Of a stretch of 64,000 nucleotides of DNA, positions 59,083 through 64,000 are shown one piece after another. The DNA lies in contig OZ360247.1 in NCBI GenBank assembly GCA_977017645.1, positions 15,996,001 to 16,060,000 of the forward strand, written 5' to 3'. Numbering within the stretch: the stretch's first letter is position 1; every line of letters starts with the position of its first letter. The stretch comes from Torpedo marmorata (lineage: Eukaryota). The position numbers and the translations under genes are program-made. The notes beneath the pieces were generated by a model. The model saw only the letters and a program-made list of their open reading frames with translations. It ran no database searches and was not told the DNA's origin.

Positions 59083-60429
59083 ACAAAGTGAAAGTAGCCA
59101 GATCAGAAACATAAGAGGGTTGACTCTTGTCCATTTAACGACCTTATCTGAGCTCTCAGAATTGGACCGCGCTTCTCCAATGATGCTCAGATAGTCTCAG
59201 CAACTGAAAGACCAACCAGGCAGGTTGCAATATAATTTTACACCTTTCAATCCAGAGTGATTGAACATAAAAAATATCCCTGTGCTGGTTAGTGACCAAC
59301 ACTATCCAATTCTAATTTGATCAGCTTTTACAAGCATTTAGATTGTCGATTGAAGCAGCCACACTATAAAACTGCACTGCTCCAGATCTTTGTCTGATGT
59401 CACCATTCCTCCCTCTACTTTTATTGCTACACTGCATTAGCATGTTTATGGACTACAGTCACTGATGCCACTGTGATGCTTTGTATTGCATTGTGCTTTG
59501 CTGCTATTTTATTATTTTGCTGACAACCACTTTTATTTACAATATAAAGTAACTCAATTTTGTGAAACACAGCAGCTGGTTGTCCAGGAGGTGGGAGGTT
59601 GGGTTGCAGTGGTGCAGGGGGTGGAATGGGAAACCTGTTGGTAAAATGTGATTGTCAACTGGGAAGATTCTGCTCATGGCTTTTAAGGCAATTTTCTCTG
59701 TTGAAAGGAATATAGCTCAGAGTTAAAGGCAGGTTACAAATCAGGTAATAGCTTAGTTGTTCGACAGTGATGAAGCATTATGGCTGTTTTTCTCCAAATT
59801 GATTGCAAAGGGGAGATGCTCGCTTTGTGAAAAACGTGGTTATTAGACTGATCTACTGCTTCCAGCAATTAAAGGGCTGTCAGACAGAAGCAGACACTGT
59901 CATAGCTTGACAATGCCGGTACAGGCATTCTCCATGTTCACTAATACAGAGAGCAGCAACCCTCCCCCAGCCCTCCAAAGCTAAACCTTGTATCCAGATA
60001 GCAGAACCAAGGCATCCATTTGAAATGAGCCAGAGTGTAATGGCCATGTCATTATTTCCTGACATTGCAGGACGAGGGATTTCTGCTGGGTTGATATCTT
60101 TCGAAACACTTCATAGATTTTACGGTGATGCGCTGTTCCCATTACAAGAACAGTAGATTTCTTAAGTGAGGACAGACGAGATATGCTTTGGACACACATT
60201 TTGTAGCAATCATCTTTTGCGGTTGACTCAGAATTGACATCAGTGATGAAAATAAATAATCACTACTGACAAAATTTTGTCTTCTCTACTAATGAACGTT
60301 GGTATTCAGAGAAATCTAGTGTGATAGAGATACTAAGTTAGTGCGCAATATCATATAACGAGGAAGGCAAATAAAATGTGGGCTTTATGGCAAGAATAAT
60401 ACTACAAAATTGAGTAATTCTGGCTACGT

Positions 60430-60652
60430 GGGCAGCATGATTAGCGTAACGCAATTACAGCGCCAGGGACCTGTCTGTCTGTAAGGAGCTTGTACGTTCT
60501 CCATGTGTCTGTGTGGGTTTCCTCCGGGTACTCCAGTTTCCTTCTACCCTTCAAAATGTACGGGGGTTGTAGGTTAATTGGAGCATTTGGGCGGCACGGG
60601 CTCGTGGGCCAGAAGGACCTGTTACCGTGCTGTATGTCTAAAGTTTTAAAAA
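60430..60652 (+). mobile_element. V-SINE (HE1-like)
   Basis: Same V-domain and tail as the other copies. Confidence 0.78.
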
Positions 60653-60899
60653 ATTACGTATACAGGACTTTGATTTGACCACAGCTAAAGTATTGAGTAG
60701 AATTCAGTCTCCTTATTTAAGGAACAGCATATTTGCTCAGGGACAACAGAGAAGATTGACTAGATTAATTCTTTGTTTGGGAATGGTTAAGTCATGAGAA
60801 AAATTTGAGTAGACTAATCCTGTTCTTTGCAGAGCATTGGTGTGAAGAGGGATCTGGGGGTTCAGTTCTTTAGATTTTATACATAGGAAGGCCTGTCTG

Positions 60900-61500
60900 C
60901 TTGGTATGCTTGCCTGCATTGGGTGGGGAATTGAGCATAAAAGTAAGGAAGTCATATGGCAGCTATATAAAACTTTGGTTGGGTTCTACTTAGAATATTC
61001 TCTGCAATTCTGGTTGCCCCATTACAGAAAGGATGTTGAGTTTTTGGAAATGGTACAGACGAGATTTGCCAGGATGTTGCCTGGATTCAAGGGTATGAGC
61101 TAACAGGAGAGGTTGAAGAAACTTGGATTGCTTTCTCTGGAGCATCAGAGGTTAAGGGGAGACCTCATACAAGTTTATAAAATTATGAAAGACATTGATA
61201 GGGTGGACAGTAAGGATCTTTTTTTGCCACAGTAAAAATGTCATATACTCGAGAACATGCGTTTAAGATGAGGGAGGAAAACTTTAAGGTGATGTGTGTG
61301 GCAAGGTTTTTCCACACAGTTCCAGTGGGGGTGGTGGAAGCAGATATTACAGCAGTGTTGAAGAGGCTTCTGGATGGACGCAGGGAGTAGAAGTATATAG
61401 ATCATAGGCAGCAAAGCTTCAACATAAACTGGGAATTATGTTCGGCACAGTCATCATGGGGCTAAGGGCCTGTTCCTCTACTGTACTGTTCTATGTTCTG
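60900..61500 (+). mobile_element. Degraded CR1 3' fragment
   Basis: GIEHKSKEVIWQLYKTLV..LEYSLQFWLPHYRKDV, with tail ttctatgttct. Confidence 0.8.
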
Positions 61501-62225
61501 TGTACTTACTGGAATTAGACACGGCCTAGACAACGTTCAGGTATGGGCTGATAAGTGACAGGGAACATTCAAGCAAAAGAGGGTCAGGTAATGACCTTTT
61601 CCCATGAGAGAGAATTTAAGATCTTGCTTAACATTCAGTAGGTTCCCCACCATCAACACCAGGGGAATGGGGGGGGGCATCATTGATGAGATACTAAACT
61701 GGATCAATCACAATTATACAGTGGCTACAAAGAGTAGGTCAGAGGCTGGGTATTCTGTGGTGAATCTTTCCACTGTATGCAAAGTTCAAGCATGGGATAA
61801 AATACTCATCACTTGCGTGGATGATTGCAGCACCAACATGTCCTAAGAATGGCAACTCTATCCAGGAGAAAGCAGCAGCGTGATTGGCACCTCATCTATT
61901 ACCCTAAGCATTCATCTCCCCAAGTACCCACACACTGCAGTGTGTGGACCAAATCAAGAATGCACTGCAGTTACTCACCCAGGCCATGGCAACAGGAACT
62001 CCCAAACCTGAGACCTCATCCACGAAGTTCAAGGAGCATAGCAGATACATGGGAACATCACTATCAGCATATCCCCTCCAAGTCATACATCATCCTAATT
62101 TGTCACTCAGTCTAAATCCTGGAACTCACCACCGAACGATATTGTGGGGCTACCTTCACCAGGATTGCAGCACTTCAAGAAGGTGGCTCTCAGATTTCAG
62201 ATTTCAGATTTATTGTCAGAGTACA

Positions 62226-62838
62226 TACATCTCCGAGGATCTGTCCTGGAGCATTCACGTTGATGCAATCACAAAGAAGGCTCGTCAGCGGCTATACTTT
62301 GTGAGGTGTCTGCGGAGATTCGGTATGTCACCAAAGACTCTCGTAAACTTCTACAGGTGTACCGTGGAGAGCATTCTGGCTGGTTGCATCACTGCCTGGT
62401 ATGGAGGCGCCAACTCCTAGGACAAGAGTAAACTCCAGAGGGTTGTTAACTCGGCCTGTGACATCACAGGCACCAAACTTCACTCCATCGAGGACATCTA
62501 CATGAGGCGGTGTCTTAATAAAGCAGCCTCTATCCTCAAAGATCCCCACCACCCAGGCCATGTCCTCTTCACTCTGCTTCCATCGGGAAAAAGGTACAGG
62601 AGCCTAAAGACGAGCACTCAACGGCACAAGGACAGCTTCTTCCCCGCTGCCATCAGATTCCTGAATAATCAATGAACCAAAGACACTGCCTTACTTTTCG
62701 TGCACTATTCTTTATAATTTTTTATAGTAATATCGTTAGATGGTTAATATGAATGTTAATTGCACTATGATGCTGCCGCAAAACACCGAATTTCATGACT
62801 TGTTCATGACAATAAATTCTGATTCTGATTCTGATTCT
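62226..62838 (+). mobile_element. Rex1/Babar 3' fragment with an (ATTCTG)n tail
   Basis: ISEDLSWSIHVDAITKKARQRLYFVR..FYRCTVESILAGCITAWYG; close to the copy at 7228-8095. Confidence 0.88.
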
Positions 62839-62841
62839 GGA

Positions 62842-64000
62842 ATGGCTGAGGAATTTAACAAGTACTTTGCATCTGTCTTCACCAAGGAGGATATAGGTTA
62901 TGGTCAGTTAGGGGGTAGTGGTCATGCAGTATCAAGAGTCTTGGGGAACTTTCCTGGGGAAGTAGGGAATCTGATAGATATTCAGATCCAGAAGCAGGAG
63001 GTTGTGAGTAAATTGTTGGGACTGAGGGCTGATAAATCCCCAGGGCCTGATGGGCTGCATCCCAGGGTGCTTAAAGAGGTTGCTCTGGAAATTGTGGAGG
63101 CACTGGTCGACATTTTCCAAAGCTCCATAGATTCGGGGGAGGTCCCTGTGGATTGGAGAGTGGCTGATGTGGTGCCGCTTTTTAAGAAGGGAGGGAGGGA
63201 GAAAACGGGAAATTATAGACCGGTCAGCCTGACGTCAGTGGTGGGGAAGATATTGGAATCTATCATAAAAGGAGTAATAGCAGAACACTTAGGCAGAAAT
63301 AATAGTATAAGGGCTAGTCAGCATGGATTCCTTAAGGGTAAGTCATGCTTGACTAACCTTCTGGAATTTTTCGAAGATGTGACAAAAAGGGTGGACTTGG
63401 GAGAGCCAGTGGATGTGGTGTATTTGGACTTCCAGAAGGCCTTTGATAAGGTACCGCACGGGAGACTAGTGGGCAAGATCAGGGAGCATGGTATTGAAGG
63501 TAAGGTGCTGACTTGGATAGGAAGTTGGTTAAGAAATAGGAAACAAAGGGTTGGGGTAAGCGGGTCTTTTTCAGGATGGCAGGATGTGACGAGTGGAGTG
63601 CCGCAGGGATCGGTGTTGGGTCCTCAGTTGTTTGTCATTTATGTAAATGATATGGATGATGGGATTATTAATAACATGAGCAAATTTGCAGATGACACTA
63701 AACTGGGTGGCGGTGTAAAGTGTGAAGAGGATGTCAGGAAAATGCAGAGGGACTTGGACAGGTTGGGGGAGTGGGCTGAAGAATGGAAGATGAAGTTCAA
63801 TGTGAGCAAATGTGAGGTTATCCATTTTGGGGGCAGTAATAGGAAAGCTGAGTATTATTTAAATGGAGACAAGCTAGGGAGTGGGGAAGTGCAAATGGAT
63901 CTGGGTGTACTTGTTCACCGGTCACTGAAGGCTAACATGCAGGTTCAGAAAGCTGTGAAGAAGGCAAATGGCATGTTGGCTTTCATAAAGAGGGGATTGG
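62842..64000 (+). mobile_element. CR1 LINE ORF2 (RT domain), uninterrupted frame running off the window
   Basis: My own translation from 62842 shows no stop: FNKYFASVFT, KSPGPDGLHPRVLKE, NYRPVSLTSVVGK, QHGF..SCLTNL, DFQKAFDKVPH, GVPQGSVLGP, KFADDTK. Confidence 0.92.

Overview
Repeat-dense vertebrate DNA, most likely from a cartilaginous fish (ray or shark). That guess rests on CR1 and Rex1/Babar LINEs, V-SINE (HE1-like) and Deu-domain SINEs, and Penelope termini. The only host gene I can support lies on the minus strand: the first coding exon of a SKICH-domain autophagy receptor (CALCOCO2/NDP52-like, TAX1BP1 family) at 5145-5315. It has a likely CpG-rich promoter near 14.8-15.0 kb carrying two divergent ZNF143-type motifs. 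The rest is mostly transposable elements. These include a TIR-complete pogo/Passer (DD35D) transposon, a hAT-Blackjack relic holding a full CsRn1-type Gypsy, and a very young Mag-like Gypsy with a single stop codon. There are also an LTR-less Gypsy body, four solo LTRs, a truncated L1 with its TSD, many CR1 and Rex fragments, several hAT MITEs and a GC-rich non-coding retroposon. The most unusual observations are four. (1) The young Gypsy has no tRNA PBS but has a 13-nt perfect complement to its own LTR, overlapping the poly(A) signal, which suggests self-priming or poly(A) occlusion. (2) A hAT MITE occurs as mobile monomer, dimer and palindromic trimer. (3) Penelope termini carry hammerhead-ribozyme-like motifs. 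(4) An ~800-bp Rex-tailed non-autonomous element has a 52-bp TSD. All calls were made by eye without database searches.
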